A stretch of DNA of 60,734 nt, the filler included. It is 3 parts of 3 records of this genome, joined end to end, with 100 filler letters (N's around TTAATTAATTAA, not from the genome) between each part and the next. Parts side by side here need not be neighbours in the genome. Positions count along the whole stretch, not along the records: positions 1 to 22,759 come from SRR20825019_3138; 2 more parts are not named here. One strand, written 5' to 3'. The notes under the pieces are model-generated. The model made no database searches. It was not told the DNA's origin and saw only the letters and a list, made by a program, of their open reading frames with translations. Shown in pieces: positions 1 through 12,999 of this stretch (its first letter is position 1; the number at the start of each line of letters is the position of its first letter). Made by a program: the position numbers and the translations under genes.

Positions 1-475
1 AGATGAATTTGATCATGAATAATTGAACAGTGAGAGGCCCGTGAGAGGCGGCATGGACCTGATTGAGTTTGGAATGGAATCCCTATTTGTCACAATCAAA
101 AGGAGTGCGCAGGAGTCAGTGTTTGTTTGGGGATATATATTTCGTTTTCTGTTTCGTCTTTAATTCCCGTATTGACAAATATCGATCTGTTTGCAGACAA
201 GAGGCTGTTTTCAGCGGCTTGTGATTGCCTTGTCTGTTTGCCCACTCATCCCGGAAATCGGCGACACCATGCAGGCACCCACCTCCACATGGAGTAGAAG
301 TTCCGGATCCAGGACTTGGCCCACCCCATTCCCCGCCCCATGTCGAAATACCGCACCACCCACCAGAGTTGTCATTGCAAGTTCAGGAAGAACCTCAGCA
401 TCAGCCAGCAGGGCCTGTCCCACCTCATCATGATCAAGATGAACAAGCCCAGCTTCTACAGGAAGACTAGACTCT

Positions 476-511
476 GTCTATCCCCGCGAAATCAACGTCT
501 ATCCCCGCGAA
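476..511. repeat. 15-bp direct repeat GTCTATCCCCGCGAA x2
   Basis: Copies at 476-490 and 497-511. Confidence 0.85.
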
Positions 512-811
512 GAATCCAAGTGTGTCTCCCCCCAAAACATCGTGTGTGGTTGTTGTACTGACTGCTGTCTTCACGCTCTGCTGTCTCCCCAGCCAACCAT
601 CGAATGTCCTTAGCGAAATGGATGGTGTACGTCAAACAACTCTAGCACCAAAGTAAGATTTATTTGACCGTGTATCGATCTTTCCGCCGATAGACTCGAT
701 GGCCGTAAAGACCGACACAATGACCGGCAGTGCCAGTAGACTTATGCCAGGCCCATGGTGGCTGTTGAGGAACCGCGCTTACTACAACGCTCAACCAGCC
801 ATACTGAGCTA

Positions 812-2029
812 CTACTCTTCATGCAAAGCCACAGTTGAAGTCCCTACATCGGAGCCCTGATCGTATAGGTTCCTGTTATTCATCAAGTACTCGACTACAG
901 CAGGGGGTACCAGGTCACTGAAGTCTTCGTTTTCTTTGAGCCTTTTTCGAACCATGGTTGAGCTTATGTCGGTAAGTCGATGATTTTTCACTATAATAAT
1001 ATCCTCTTCATAATCACAGAGAATATCTGACTCCGCAATGGCACTTGCTATGTTAGACCCAGGCCTTTCCAAACAAACGATTCCAAACTCAGCAAAAAGC
1101 TGTTCCAGCTGAAAGCAATACAGAAAACAATAAGCAGTCAGTCTTTTCATGCAAAGGCAAAATCACCAGCAACCCTTACAGTGGATTCTTTCCAGTGGCC
1201 AGGAATAAGCATGGACTCGATGAGGTCCGCACCGCATACCAAGAAAATTTTTGGAATTTCAGGAATGTCATCCAAGTTATTAGCCAGACTCTCTTCCAAG
1301 TGCGATAACACATGATAAGTCCTTTGAGCTCCGTCCTAATGCATATGAGCGTACGATCGGAGCTGAGACAGCAGAGGGTCCTACCTGTCGAGCCTCCCAG
1401 TCATCAAGCGTAATCCAGTTTGATTCACGTAGCGCCTCTTTAACCATATGCAGCCTGTGAGTTGCCGACGCAAGACCCTGCTGTTGAATTAGCTTTCAGT
1501 CTGCTCTTGTAGTACACACGTACAGGTTTCTTGTATCCATCGTTCACTGGAGACATGAAACCAGCGGCAACTTTCATATTTTCTCTTTTAATCATGTGGC
1601 TCTTGGCACTTTCTGGGGAACAGTTATTATTACTAAAACTATTCATTTTCAGTATCTTACCCATCATTTTTATATGCGCATTGGTGATGGGGTTGAAGCT
1701 ACCGCATGCCACCAGAACACAACAGTCAGACCTAAAGTGCATCGTAAAAAGCCGCTCACTAAAACAAATACAATATACACACTCATCCTCAACATCACGA
1801 AGCTGGACAAGATCAACCTTGCTCAAATCGATTTCGTACTCGTCAGCAGACTCTTTACCTTGCATAATCTACAATAAAAGTTAAGCACCGATTTTACTCT
1901 GCTTGGTGAGCATACCTGTGACTCTCGGAGTTCATACAGGCCATCCTCATTTCCAGTACTCTCAGCGGTGAAAAAAGACTTCACCGTCTCTGTGAGCGAG
2001 TTTATCTGAGGCCCGAAGCAATCCGACAT
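812..2029 (-). CDS. NMNAT: Nicotinamide/nicotinate mononucleotide adenylyltransferase, eukaryotic type, multi-exon
   Basis: Exons encode CGSFNPITNAH (GSFNPxTxxH), GFMSPVNDGYKK, WITLDDWE, LVCGADLIES and ISSTMVR...DLVPPAVVEYL. ATG at 2029 is the likely start; N-terminal exons are less certain. Confidence 0.9.
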
Positions 2030-2239
2030 CACCGATATTTGAACAGAAACAGAGATAGTATAGAAGCAGTAGTGACAGACTAAATACTCCTGTCGAATAC
2101 ATGTATTGATTGTTCTAGGTCTGGCCCTTTAAACAGCGAAGGTTCCTGATTCCCTCCCAAGGCTGGACTGCTATGAAAGGCTCTGTACCAATATCCCGTT
2201 GTCTTGAGCAACTGTGAGTATTGTGTCAAATAAACCGCG

Positions 2240-3000
2240 CACTCAGTAGTTCCGCGGCTCCGCTGAACCCCCGACGAAACCGAAAGAAAGGAACTTTGAC
2301 CGGCGCGGGCTGAACGCCGGGGGTGACCGTAGCTCCGAACAAAAGCCGTGCCGGGTGAGCCGGCGGGCCGGCGGACCGGACACTCCTCACCTCATGAGAG
2401 AGAGTGCGGACTCCGACCGGCCAGCCTTGGCAGGCTTTGACGAGGCTGGGGTGGTTGACTTCAACAGCCACCGGGTGGCTGAGATCGCTAGGGATTCGCG
2501 ATATCCGAGGAGTTGCCCACAACACACAACATTTGAGTGGACGAAAAAAAAAAGTCGCTTTGACTTCAGGACCCAAGCGGGGCGATCATTGACCGCGGCG
2601 GGCCGACCGGGACGACTTTTAAGTTTTGAGTTTTGAAAGTCAGGGCCCCGGCGCCCCGTCGCCACCGCGCACCGGCAACGGCGGCGCCGGCCGCGGGGGC
2701 GCCGGCGTCCCGGCCGCCGGGTCCGTCCGGGGTCCGTCCGGGACGGACGCGCCGCCCGCCGCCCGGGTGCGACAGGTCAGTTCCAAGCAGTTCTTCAGCC
2801 GACCGGCCCCGGGCCGGGCGTCCGGCCCGGCCCGGACTTAACGCCGCGCCCGCCTCCCAGCCCACTGCCGGTGGGCATGTTCGCACCTATGCATTGCCGG
2901 CGGCACAAGGGCCGGGGCCCTCTCAACACCGACGCCGCGTTTGGTGACCGATAGCACCAAGGCAGATGCGCCTGGATGTCCGGCCACCAGGATTCAGGTG
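2240..3000. promoter_or_regulatory. GC-rich island in the divergent NMNAT/LZTFL1 promoter region
   Basis: Low-complexity CCGG/GGCC-rich DNA between head-to-head start codons; only spurious Arg/Pro/Gly/Ala ORFs. Promoter role inferred from position. Confidence 0.55.
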
Positions 3001-3070
3001 GGCCAGCGACTGAATTCCATGACAAATATATGTAAGAGTTTTCGTCAATCGAGCTTGTCGCTATTTTGTC

Positions 3071-4487
3071 ATGTCGGTACGTCACGCCGTATTGTGTTGT
3101 TTGAACTTATCGGAATAGCGAGCTAATTCTCGTGGCAGCTTACGGTAGAAGGTCTTGAAGACCTCAATGACCACCACCATGACCAAATTCAAGACTACCT
3201 TACCTATTGCAGGAAGAAACGCGAGGTATTGCTAAAGGAAATTCAAATCACCATTGAAGAAGAAGAAGCCACAAGGTAGGTTTATGCTATTTGTGTTTTT
3301 GGTTGTTGACCAAAAGATCGATTGTGTAGGCTTCTGGATCCAAACTACACGAGAGAAGAGGTTGAAGATATTCTCAGCGGCCTGTCCAACATTCTGAAAT
3401 CAAACATCAACAACGAAATGATGGTTATTGATAGATGCAATGCTCTATTGGTTCGCCAGCTGTTCACCCAGGCACAATGGAAAGAGTTTTCTCTCCATGC
3501 CGACTTGGCAGCGTTAGAAAACCAGTAAGTAATTGGCATACTGTCGCAGGTGTCATAGTAATGTTGGTTTCAGCCAATTGCTTGCCGGAATGGCGAAGTA
3601 TGAAGAACTTCTCAATGTGCGCGGGCCAACGGTATGTGTACCACTTTCTTTTCCATTTTTGTACCGGTAACATTTCTTGCCCTCTTGTAGAAAAAATTGG
3701 ATGGGGTTGGTCTTGACGCTGAGAGAGGAGTGCAAATGTCCAACGAGATCAATGCCTTAAAGGACGAGAACGAGCAGTTGCGGGACCGCCTTGCCAAGCT
3801 GCAAGAGCAGGTGAGACATCGACTCTAGTCATTGTGCGCCTATCTCATGCACCACGACTAGTGTGCCAATATCATGAGGTCAAAGAGTTCTCTCAGCGAG
3901 GAGCTGGATTCTGTTCAACAGAAATATGAACAAGTAGTGAAAGACTTTGACATGATCGCACTCTCTGATGAACAGAAGGCGAAATTGGTGAGGTCCACTA
4001 ATTCTTGTGCTGTATTTCACTGGTCTCATATGTAATCAGTTGCAGTCAGGCCAGTCTGCTTTGGCAGATTTGGCGGCTCAGGGCGCCAACGACTCTGCCA
4101 GTCTGCAGGCTGAGATTGATCGCATGGCGGTAAGCTGTAGCCTATAGTGAAGTTGCTATATCTGACTAGATTTCTCAGGAAATGTTGGAGCAGAAGGAGC
4201 AGGATATGAGGGATATGGAAAGGCAATTGGTGGCACGTGTACAGGATACTGCGGTAACAAATTATTCGGTGTATATGTGTTCCTTTTTTGATGTTGTTTC
4301 CTGCAGCCCTTCCAGAATATGAAGAGGATGGTTGGTAAGAAGAATCGGGTCATAAAAGACCTCCACGGTATAATTGAGGAGTAAGTTTTCTTTATGACAG
4401 TAACGAACAGAGCTTGTGTTTACATTCGACAGGCTTGGGGGCGAGGAGTACCTGGATCGATTGGCTGACCAAGACGATGACCACTAA
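3071..4487 (+). CDS. LZTFL1: Leucine zipper transcription factor-like 1 (BBS17) homolog, BBSome regulator, multi-exon
   Basis: LNDHHHDQIQDYLTYCRKKR...YTREEVEDILSGL...NALLVRQLFTQAQ...DLAALENQ and the C-terminal TAAFQNMKRMVGKKNRVIKDL parallel animal LZTFL1. Introns include 3077-3138 and 3276-3329; TAA at 4485-4487. Confidence 0.85.
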
Positions 4488-5038
4488 TACGATGCCACTC
4501 GGGTATCGTTCCAGAGTCATTCAAGCTTCTCATGGGATGAATGTTTGTTGGGAATGGGCGCTCCCTTGGCTTTCAGTTTTTTTTTTCAACATCTGAAATC
4601 AGCGGGGCGGATAAAGTTCAATTGTCGGATTCGAGAATTTCACCACTCATCAGAGATTATCGGAAGTCGGGAGTTGATCCTGATCTATTGGAAGATGCAC
4701 ACAGTTCCGGGGCGGGCAGCTCACCCGTGGCCGGCCTCTGCTGCGTCGGCGCACAACTGACCTTCCGAGTCGTCACTACTCCCCGCTGCTTGTGGTGATG
4801 GTTACCGGCCGCTGCCCGGCACGCTTGCGGGAGTTTGGATAGCTGGCTCTCGTCGTCGTCGCCGTTGTCGTCGAGTGACTAGCCACTAGCGTCAGTTGAA
4901 CGTAGTGCCAAAAGCCCCTTCAGTTCACACAGCCCCCGTCCGGTCACACACTCACCCACACACACAAGTACAACTACCGAACTATTCAAACAAACTGTTC
5001 AGATTATTAGCAACACACATAAATTCAAGAAACTTGAG

Positions 5039-5778
5039 ATGGGCCAAGCAGTTGGTAGTGCGATGGAAGAAAATGGAAAGCGGTAATTATTGCACTTGTT
5101 CATGAGTCCTGGCAGTTGCTAAGAGTTGCTTAGCATGCAGGAAATGCAGAAAAGTATGATGCTGAAGCAAAGAGGTATGGTATGGACAACTGGTATATAG
5201 TTTCTCAGTGATGTGTTAGAAACTATGTTGGCAATACAGCTGGCTCAAGCAAAAGACACGTGAGTATGACTACTTAACAATCTGTGAGCCGGACTCATTA
5301 AATGCGCAGGTATCTTTGGTATTCAGCATTTGTTGCCACTGTGGGAACACTAGGTATTCTGCGTTTCAGTTTGCGGTTCCTAAAGCATGAGTTGACTTGC
5401 CCCAGGCTCCTTGGCAGCGATTAAGACCGGAAAGCCAGCACCGCTAGTCCCGATGGTGCCTCTGGGCTTCGGTTGGGCCTTCCAATACGATATGATTCAT
5501 GGAAACAAAATGGACCGGGTTAGGGCAGAAGCAGACAGGTTCGTGCTGTGTTCGCAAACACCCAGCGGAGCTAACTGAGACACTATTTTGTTGTGATCCT
5601 TCAGGATGTTACGAGAAGAGAGGCACAAGTTTCAGTTCCCAGAGAGTAGTGTGTTTGTAACCCCTTCTGAGGTATACCCACTGTGCTGTTCAGTTGAAGT
5701 GACTGACGAACATCTCAGTACGCGCACATTTTTCGCGATGCACCACCATACAAGAACAGCGAGGGTGAGAAGAAGTAA
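5039..5778 (+). CDS. Plasminogen receptor (KT)/DUF2368-like small membrane protein, multi-exon; not captured as a single ORF in the ORF track
   Basis: Spliced: MGQAVGSAMEENGK..EMQKSMMLKQRETMLAIQLAQAKD..AIKTGKPAPLVPMVPLGFGWAFQYDMIHGNKMDRVRAEADRMLREERHKFQFP. This resembles PLGRKT (MAMQIAWSRE...KKPAFLVPIVPLSFILTYQYD...ERMKGEAEDIL). Confidence 0.75.
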
Positions 5779-5814
5779 ATTCAAACCTATGACAACAGAT
5801 GTGTGTACAGCAAT

Positions 5815-7778
5815 TTAAACGCGAATGATGTCAGCTCTAGCACGAGTGGAGATCTTGTGGGAGACTGGCTTATCACCAAGGGGTTCCATCTCTTCCTTGG
5901 ATACAGGGTAGATTGCCATTTTGGAGTATGTCCCTCCCGCTGCACCCTTAGCAACGCGCCCCGGATTTACAACCACAGTGTCCCCAACAGTTTTGACGAA
6001 GTGCTTCAGGTCAGAAGGTACCACCAAGACGTCTGGTGTCTCCTTGAAGTTCAAGCAATCAGCCCGATTCATATCAACAGGTGCCTTGGCAGGAGGGGGG
6101 TGGAGAGGATAGAACGACCGCTGCTGGATCAAGTGGCTTGCAAGTCTACCCATGCGGTCTGCCGGTGCTCCGGGTAGGTCCCTGCGCACAGATAGGCGGT
6201 TAGATGCGTTTCAAGAGTAATCAAAACCATGCATACCTAGCGACTTCTTCGGCACTGAGGTGCATGAGTACATCTGTTGAACAGATTCCGAAGGTAACTT
6301 CGTTGAGGCGAATGGTGCATGGGTTGGGAACAACAGTGACCACATCACCCAGTCCCTCTTGCACTAGCTGCGTAAGTGCTGCATCGTCGAATTCCGGCTG
6401 TGGCAGAACATGGGGATGGAATGCATCACGGACAGAGGGGACAAGGAACGTCTGTGGCATCCTTTTGAAGTTCACCTCAAACTTGTTGATAATCTTCTCC
6501 ATGAAGATCTGATCATAACATTCGTCCAATTCGTCAGACTTTGCCATGGGATGCTGGGTGTCAACGAAGGGTCCCATCTATGCATTGCAGGAAGGTAAGT
6601 AAAAGGAAAAAAAGAACCACTTGAACACGAACCAGGATAAGAGCATCCGGCATCTCGTTAAAGACCTCGTTCATGAGATCATCGAAAGGACCAAAGTCCA
6701 TGTCTGATGAGAGGGTGAACGGTCCACATGCGATCATCACCGACATCGGTTGTCCCTTGAGATACTTCTCATCATGTGAATAAGCCAGCAACTGCTTTGC
6801 TGAAGTCGTAGAGGAGGGTGCAGCGGAGCCCTAAAGTTACATTCTTCAGTATTTCATACTGCGATGGATCCAGCAAGAACATTACCTGGATAACTTGTTG
6901 GGCCACAATCCTTCCGCCGGTGCTATCCATACCCTGAACACCAACCACCTGCCCTGGAAAGAGAGCATATCCTGGAAGCTCCCGAATGTTGAGCCGGGAG
7001 CGGTGACCTCCACTGCTCTCAAGAGTACCCTCAAGGAATATAGATGACTGGTTCATTTTGCCCTCTGTCTCGCACACAACCCGTCCAACATATGTCTGAG
7101 TAACCTGGCTAGGAACGCCCATCGAAGCAATGGACTCGGATCCAATCTGCGAGGCAATAGCCTGGGACATCTCCTCCAAATGATCGTTAAGTGCCTCTCT
7201 CCGGCGGTCGGGCTTTGTGTACATGAAGTTCTTGCTAGGCTTGCCGTTCTTTTCAACAGAAATTTTGATACGCAGCCGATTCATGGCATCACTTGTAGGA
7301 AGGGCTACCTGCAGATTCTCATTCAAAGTGCACTCCGTCTTGCCACTATTATCTCGGCTATGATACTTCTCGTTAGTGCCATTTGGAGACGAGCGCTTTT
7401 GAGACAAAAATATGTCAGACTCTTTCTTAGGGCTGGCAAGATCCTCCTCCACAGCACTTGGTTTTGCAGAGAGGTTTGCGATTCCACTACCGAAAGTCCC
7501 GTTATTCTCCTCCACAGTCACACTGAAGTCTGCAGTTTCTGCGAACTTCTTGAACATAGCCAAAACATCTTTTTCACCACTCCCCGACTCCATTTGCCAA
7601 CTTTCATACTTGCAGATAAGGTCGGTCTCGTCAAGGCCGTACTTTGCACATAGATTCATGCCTGCGAACATATCAGCACGTTTAACCCAAAGAAAAGAGA
7701 ACAAGTCATACATAAGTCGAGACACTCATCAGTGACATCAAAGTCAAACTCTTGACGAAGTGTTTCTTTGGACACCAT
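5815..7778 (-). CDS. POLA2: DNA polymerase alpha-primase B subunit, multi-exon
   Basis: VGRVVCETEGKMNQSSIFLEG, YALFPGQVVGVQG, IACGPFT, PDALILMGPFVD, LVPSVRDAFHPHVLPQP, NPCTIRLNEV, QQRSFYPLHPP, PDVLVVPSDLKHF and VVNPGRV are typical Pol12/POLA2 motifs. Confidence 0.93.
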
Positions 7779-8159
7779 GCCTTCTTGAATACTAGTTCAC
7801 GTTACTTCTTGAGTCTTCACCTTATTTATCAAGTTGCTACTCTTATTTATGTTCGGACAAAGCGAAGCTAGCAAAAGTCGTTAGAGAGTTGTCGGCAGGA
7901 GGCTCATAGACTCAACTCCTCGTGACGGAAGGACATTCAGGAACCCACGAGTTGTGAGTCGCGTTCGCAAAAGCGGGTTATCTTAGGACCGGATTTTGTT
8001 TGGTGCCCGCAAAGGCGTTGAGGAGAGAACTGGGTAATCCGGAAATGGACCTGTGGTGCATTCAGTTCAGGGTTGTTGCATGTTCAAGAGCACCTGACTG
8101 CTGGCACCATGCAAATCCGTCAGCTGAGACAACTTCTTTGCATGGCCGGGGTGCTGAGG

Positions 8160-8890
8160 TGCTCTCTGATGGCCGGGCTGCCTTAGTGTGACGGGCGGTG
8201 GGGGTCAGGTGCGGGTTCCACTGACCGGCCAGACCCGGCCACCACCCCGCCACAGTTAATCTCCCCCCGGCCGGCGGGGCCAGGCCGGGCGCGCCGCCCT
8301 TCGGCCGCCGCGCGGGACGGCGTGCCCCCGTGCGCCGGGCGCCGCCGCGACTCTCTCTGGCTCGCGGCACCGCCGCGACGGTTTTGGCGGGAAGTGTACG
8401 CACTGTGCTTCAAAACTGAGGTCTGGCACCAATTCAAAGTCTTGATCGTCCTCGCAACTGTTAGAGTCCTGGCTAGTGGTTGGCCTCCTTAAAGTGTCAA
8501 AGTCGCGGCATGACTGCAGTACTCACCGCCGCCGGGACGAGCGAGGCGCCACCAGCGGCGGGCGCCGGTCGGCCTCGTCCGCATTCCGTTTCTCGTCCAG
8601 CACTCAGCCACCGGGAGGCGACTCAAGCCGCGCCTGAGCGGCCGGTCGGCGGCTTGGCCGCATCCTGATCAACTGCCGCATCATTTCCAGGGCGGATGCG
8701 CACCTTGGCTCCAGTTATCAGTATGCCAGTGTGACTCGGGGGGGGGGCCGCTGGCCGGAACTGAAGCTGGCGTCTAGCTACCAGACCCCGGAGTCGAGGG
8801 CGTACTAGCTGCTATCGAGCGACCTCCGCTGGTGGGTGAATAACCGCGCCAGGCGGAGGTGGGGCAGAGGCCTACTGCCACCGTGCGGTG
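8160..8890. promoter_or_regulatory. GC-rich island in the divergent POLA2/RCC1-BTB promoter region
   Basis: Same composition, between divergent starts; G10 run at 8738-8747. Confidence 0.55.
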
Positions 8891-8952
8891 TTACATAAAC
8901 TTGTCCAAAGTCATTTGCAGAACGCAGGCTGCAAGCACGTTATTTGTCGACC

Positions 8953-11615
8953 ATGGCAGACGAAGTTTCTGCGGTGTCTTATGGAAGTCTGTACTCCTGG
9001 GGGGAGGACAGCTATTCCACAATGGCAGCCGTATCAAGTACTCTACCACAGCGGGTGGAAAAGCTGTCGCGGTTGAATATTGTATCGATGGGTTGTTCTT
9101 GGTGGCACTCTGTGGCAGTGTCTTCGGATGGACGCTGCTTTGTCTGGGGAGAGAATAAGGACGGAGAACTGGGCCTTGGTGAGGAATATAGGTAGGTTTT
9201 GCCTATGAGTCATGAGTGTCTTTAACTAAGGTATTGTGCAGAAACTTTTCGCAACCACAGCTGGTGCCCTTTGAAGTTGGCATCAAGATAAAGAAGGTCT
9301 CTTGTGGGAGTGATGTTCTTGGTGCCTTCACAATGTTCCTTTCCACCGAGTATGTTTCCATCTCGTGCGCTGATGACTATTATTGATCCATAATTGTGTG
9401 TAGGGGGCAGCTGTATTCCTGTGGGAGAGGCTTGGCCGGTCAGCTCGGTCACGGTAAAACAGAGAATCTGAGTGCTCCTACAGCGATTAGTGGATTCGGC
9501 AAGGAGAAGGTCATTGAGATTAGCTGTGGAGGCACGTTCGCCGCAGCAGTCACAGAGGGTGGTGCAGTATATTCGTGGGGAAAGGGTAGTAACCATCGTC
9601 TGGGCGTTGGGGACGAAATGGGTCGCTCGTCCCCAACTAAGCTGGAAGGACTCAAGCGAATGATTGGGGTATCGTGCGGAGATCGCCACGGTCTTTCAGT
9701 AGGGGTCGATGGAATGGTCTACGCGTGGGGGTGCAATAAGGCTGGTCAGTGCGGCGTCGGCAGGTTAGAAAATAAGGAAGTGCCCAGACCCAGGTTGATC
9801 GAAACGCTGAAGCACCGGAAGGTCCACACGGTTGCGGCCGGCAACAATCACTCTGCGGCATTGGACACCACCGGAGGGATGTATACCTGGGGTGGTGTTG
9901 GGCAGTCGTCTCTTGGCCATGGGAATCTCAGTCTTTATGGTATGGACTCATGGCAATTCCCGAGGAAAGTTTTACTTTTGGAGGACGAGCGCATTGTGAG
10001 CATAGCCGCTGGTGAAGCACACACACTTGCTGTGTCAAAATCGGGGCTGCTCTATTCTTGGGGTCGCGGTGCCCTTGGTCATGGAAGCCCCGGAGAGCAG
10101 CATAACCTGCCTCGCATGGTCTCCGCACTACAAACTGAGAACGTATCTTTCGTTAGCAGTGGAAGCTGGCACTCAATGGCAGTGACAGGCAGCAATCGGG
10201 TCGCGGACGACATGGGTAGATTGTTTGACTTCGAGCACTATGTCGATATGCACATTCAGGTCGACGATCAAATGATCCCTGCACATAAGTAAGAGCGTCG
10301 TGTTATCACCGAAGCCCATCATGACCGTTTGTCGCAGGTGTGTGTTATGTGCCAGAAGCGAAATGTGCAAGAGCATGCTCATGGATACGGACGTGATCGA
10401 GCTGAATGAAGTCAAGCCTGAGATTGTCCGGCACTTGGTCAGGTTTATTTACACAGATGCCATTGGTGAGGACTCAGGATGACTTGTTTGGCCTCTAGTT
10501 AAAAGGTTGCTGCGCAGACGAAGAAAATATCACTGCCGAAGACCTTGAGCTTATCTTGCAACTAGGAGAGGATCTACAGGTCCATAGCATTCGGTCTATC
10601 GTGGAACTTGGTGGCAAGGTTAACAACAAAGACTCGTTGCCTGCAACGCTTGATACCGTGATTGGCGACGAAGACAGCTATCCTGATGTCAAGTTTGTTG
10701 TGGTGGGTTGGTGTGGGGTATCCAGTAGATGAAGTTCTGAAAGTTCACAGGAAGGGGAGGAAATATGGGCACACCGCCCCATATTGGCCGCAAGGTCACA
10801 ATACTTCGATACCCTCTTCTCGGACTCAACGAATGATGATGAGTATGAAGAAGTAGATATCAACAATTTGGGAGTCAAAGAATTCAAAGAGGTGTGACGA
10901 GCACTTGCTTGTACTTAACCTGTGCTAACACTGATTTCTAGATGTTGCACTACCTATACTCTGGGCGAGCTTCTATCGAGAACGAGACTAACGCATGGAA
11001 TTTGTTGAGGGCAGCAGATCGTTTCAATCTTCAGCTGCTGAAGGATGTATGTGAGAATGTGCTAATGGAATTCGTTTCACCGAAGTCTGTGGATCACATG
11101 CTGGTGGAATCGGACGCGTACCACTGTGGCCAACTGAAAGAGGTGCGCCCGTGTTTACTTTGAGATGGCTCCTTTTCACCATGCATTCCAGGCTTGCATG
11201 GACGTCATTTTGAACAATGTAGACATTGCTAAGAGAGTAGCCCCAAAGATCGGGAAGCATCTTGTGGAGGAAATAGTCCAGAGGATTCAGATGCGTAATC
11301 TGGAAAAGTCGAAATCAGATCAGGCGAATCGCAATCGAGCCGAGATGCTTGGTGGTGAGCCTCAGGAAGAAGGTACGCATATATTTAACTCTCGCGTGAG
11401 CATTGTTCTCATTAATATATGTAGAGAAAGTGCTCACCCAAAAGGAGCAATTCATCAAGTTAGTGTGGGATGCCGCTCCCATGGCGTTCATCTTCCTAGT
11501 TGTATACCTGATGATCGTCTATGGTCGGCAGTACAATGTCAACGTGCCTCTGGTCAACGGTGTCCTCTTCTCAGGATTCATTATGTGGAGCTTGTATAAG
11601 CTTGGCTCTCCATGA
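8953..11615 (+). CDS. RCC1-repeat, tandem BTB/POZ domain protein with two C-terminal hydrophobic helices, multi-exon
   Basis: About seven RCC1 repeats (xSCGxxH...GxxYxWGxxxxGQLG). BTB motifs DMHIQVDDQMIPAHKCVLCARSE and DVKFVV...IWAHRPILAARSQYF, then LLRAADRFNLQLLKDVCE. The last exon has two hydrophobic stretches. Confidence 0.85.
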
Positions 11616-11687
11616 TTCTCCAGTGCTAAGAATGTGCTAAGAAACCAACATCTCATATTACCATCATGTCTTCTCTTTCGTTCAATG

Positions 11688-12872
11688 CTAAACGGCGTCA
11701 CCATTGTCATTGTCATTATCGTCATCGTCGTCATCTGTTGGATCCTCATCATCGATATCGTCGAAAGCAGCAGCAGAGTCGTCTTCCAGGGGGATTGCAC
11801 TAGAAGGAAGCGAGCTCTCCTCATCATCCTGAGCATTGACCATGGCCCTCTGTGCGGTATCATCCACACGGCACATATCGCCAAATTGGGATGCAATATG
11901 CCGCAGAAGATCACTATTCAGCACCGCAAGATCACCAGCGTCTTCGACGTAACTGTAATTCCTTTCTACAACAAGCTGGTTCTCGCATCGCGTATTCAGC
12001 GCGGCTTTCCGAGGAAACTCCAGCCTCTGGGCAATCACTAAGGCATAGAACTTTGGTATCATATCCTCCTTGTAGACACGTAACCATGTAGCAACATCGC
12101 GGCGCAGGTTTGACTCTGCGATATACTCAGGAGTATGTCCCTTCCGCGTCCCCGGCGAAAAAAGGGGTGGTTCTGTCCGGCAAAATAGATTTGCACCACT
12201 CAATACAAGATGCCTCACCACTTCAAGACTCGAATACCGTGCTGCACTGAAGAAGAATGAGCGTCATGTACCAACCTACTAATCACCTGTTTGAAACTCA
12301 CTAGTGTAGGGGAGTGCGGCAGGAGTCTATTGGGAGGGTTTGCGCGTTCAACAAGCTCGGTAACGCCTTCACTGCAGCACGGACCACAGCCAGGCTGCGG
12401 TTCGACATGCACATAATATGGAGCATGGTGACTCCAAGTCGGTCAGTAACCAGAGGATCAGCTCCATTGTCCACTAGAACATCGAATTCGTCAAAGTTGT
12501 GCACTGCGTGCGCCATTGCAAGTATAGGCGTTGATCCTGAGCTGTCGCCGCCTGCCCGCCTGTTAACATCGGCGCCTTGGGCCGGCGAAAAATAAGCGAT
12601 GCTACTCCAATATTTCACCCCTTCAACATACCTTCAGAGAGTAGATATCGAATGAGTTCTTGCTTTCTTTCTCGAGGGTGACTGGAGAGTGACAAAGCAC
12701 AAACGTGGTGCAGTGGCGTCAGAACACCCGCCTTGCCGGTGCCGTTCACGTCGTCTCCCACGCGTATAGCCTCCTTCATCGCGTTGATGTCTCCATTGCG
12801 TGAGGCCCAGAGGAGGTCGTTTGCAAAACCGCCCATGGCGGCGCGCAGGGAAGGATCTTTCTTGGGAGGCAT
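11688..12872 (-). CDS. Ankyrin-repeat protein with acidic C-terminal tail, multi-exon
   Basis: LLWASRNGDI..GDDVN, TPLHHVC, GADVN..STPIL, GADP..TMLH, RTPLH and LVLSGAN ankyrin motifs; Asp-rich tail. Confidence 0.8.
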
Positions 12873-12999
12873 TGCCGTAGCTGACAGTACTGCTGTTTGA
12901 GATCCCAAACAGGTCAAGCACAAGGCGACTGGGTCAAAGCTGAGTTTCCGAAAATGTTCACTAGTGAACTTTATGAGAAAAGACCTTTGACTGTGCAAG

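Noticed and set aside
190-560. Possible hAT transposase C-terminal relic (KRLFSAA; KFRKNLSISQQGLSHLIMIKMNKP) next to a 15-bp direct repeat
   Set aside because: The fragments are in different frames, similarity is weak and no terminal inverted repeats are visible; it cannot be supported without a profile search.
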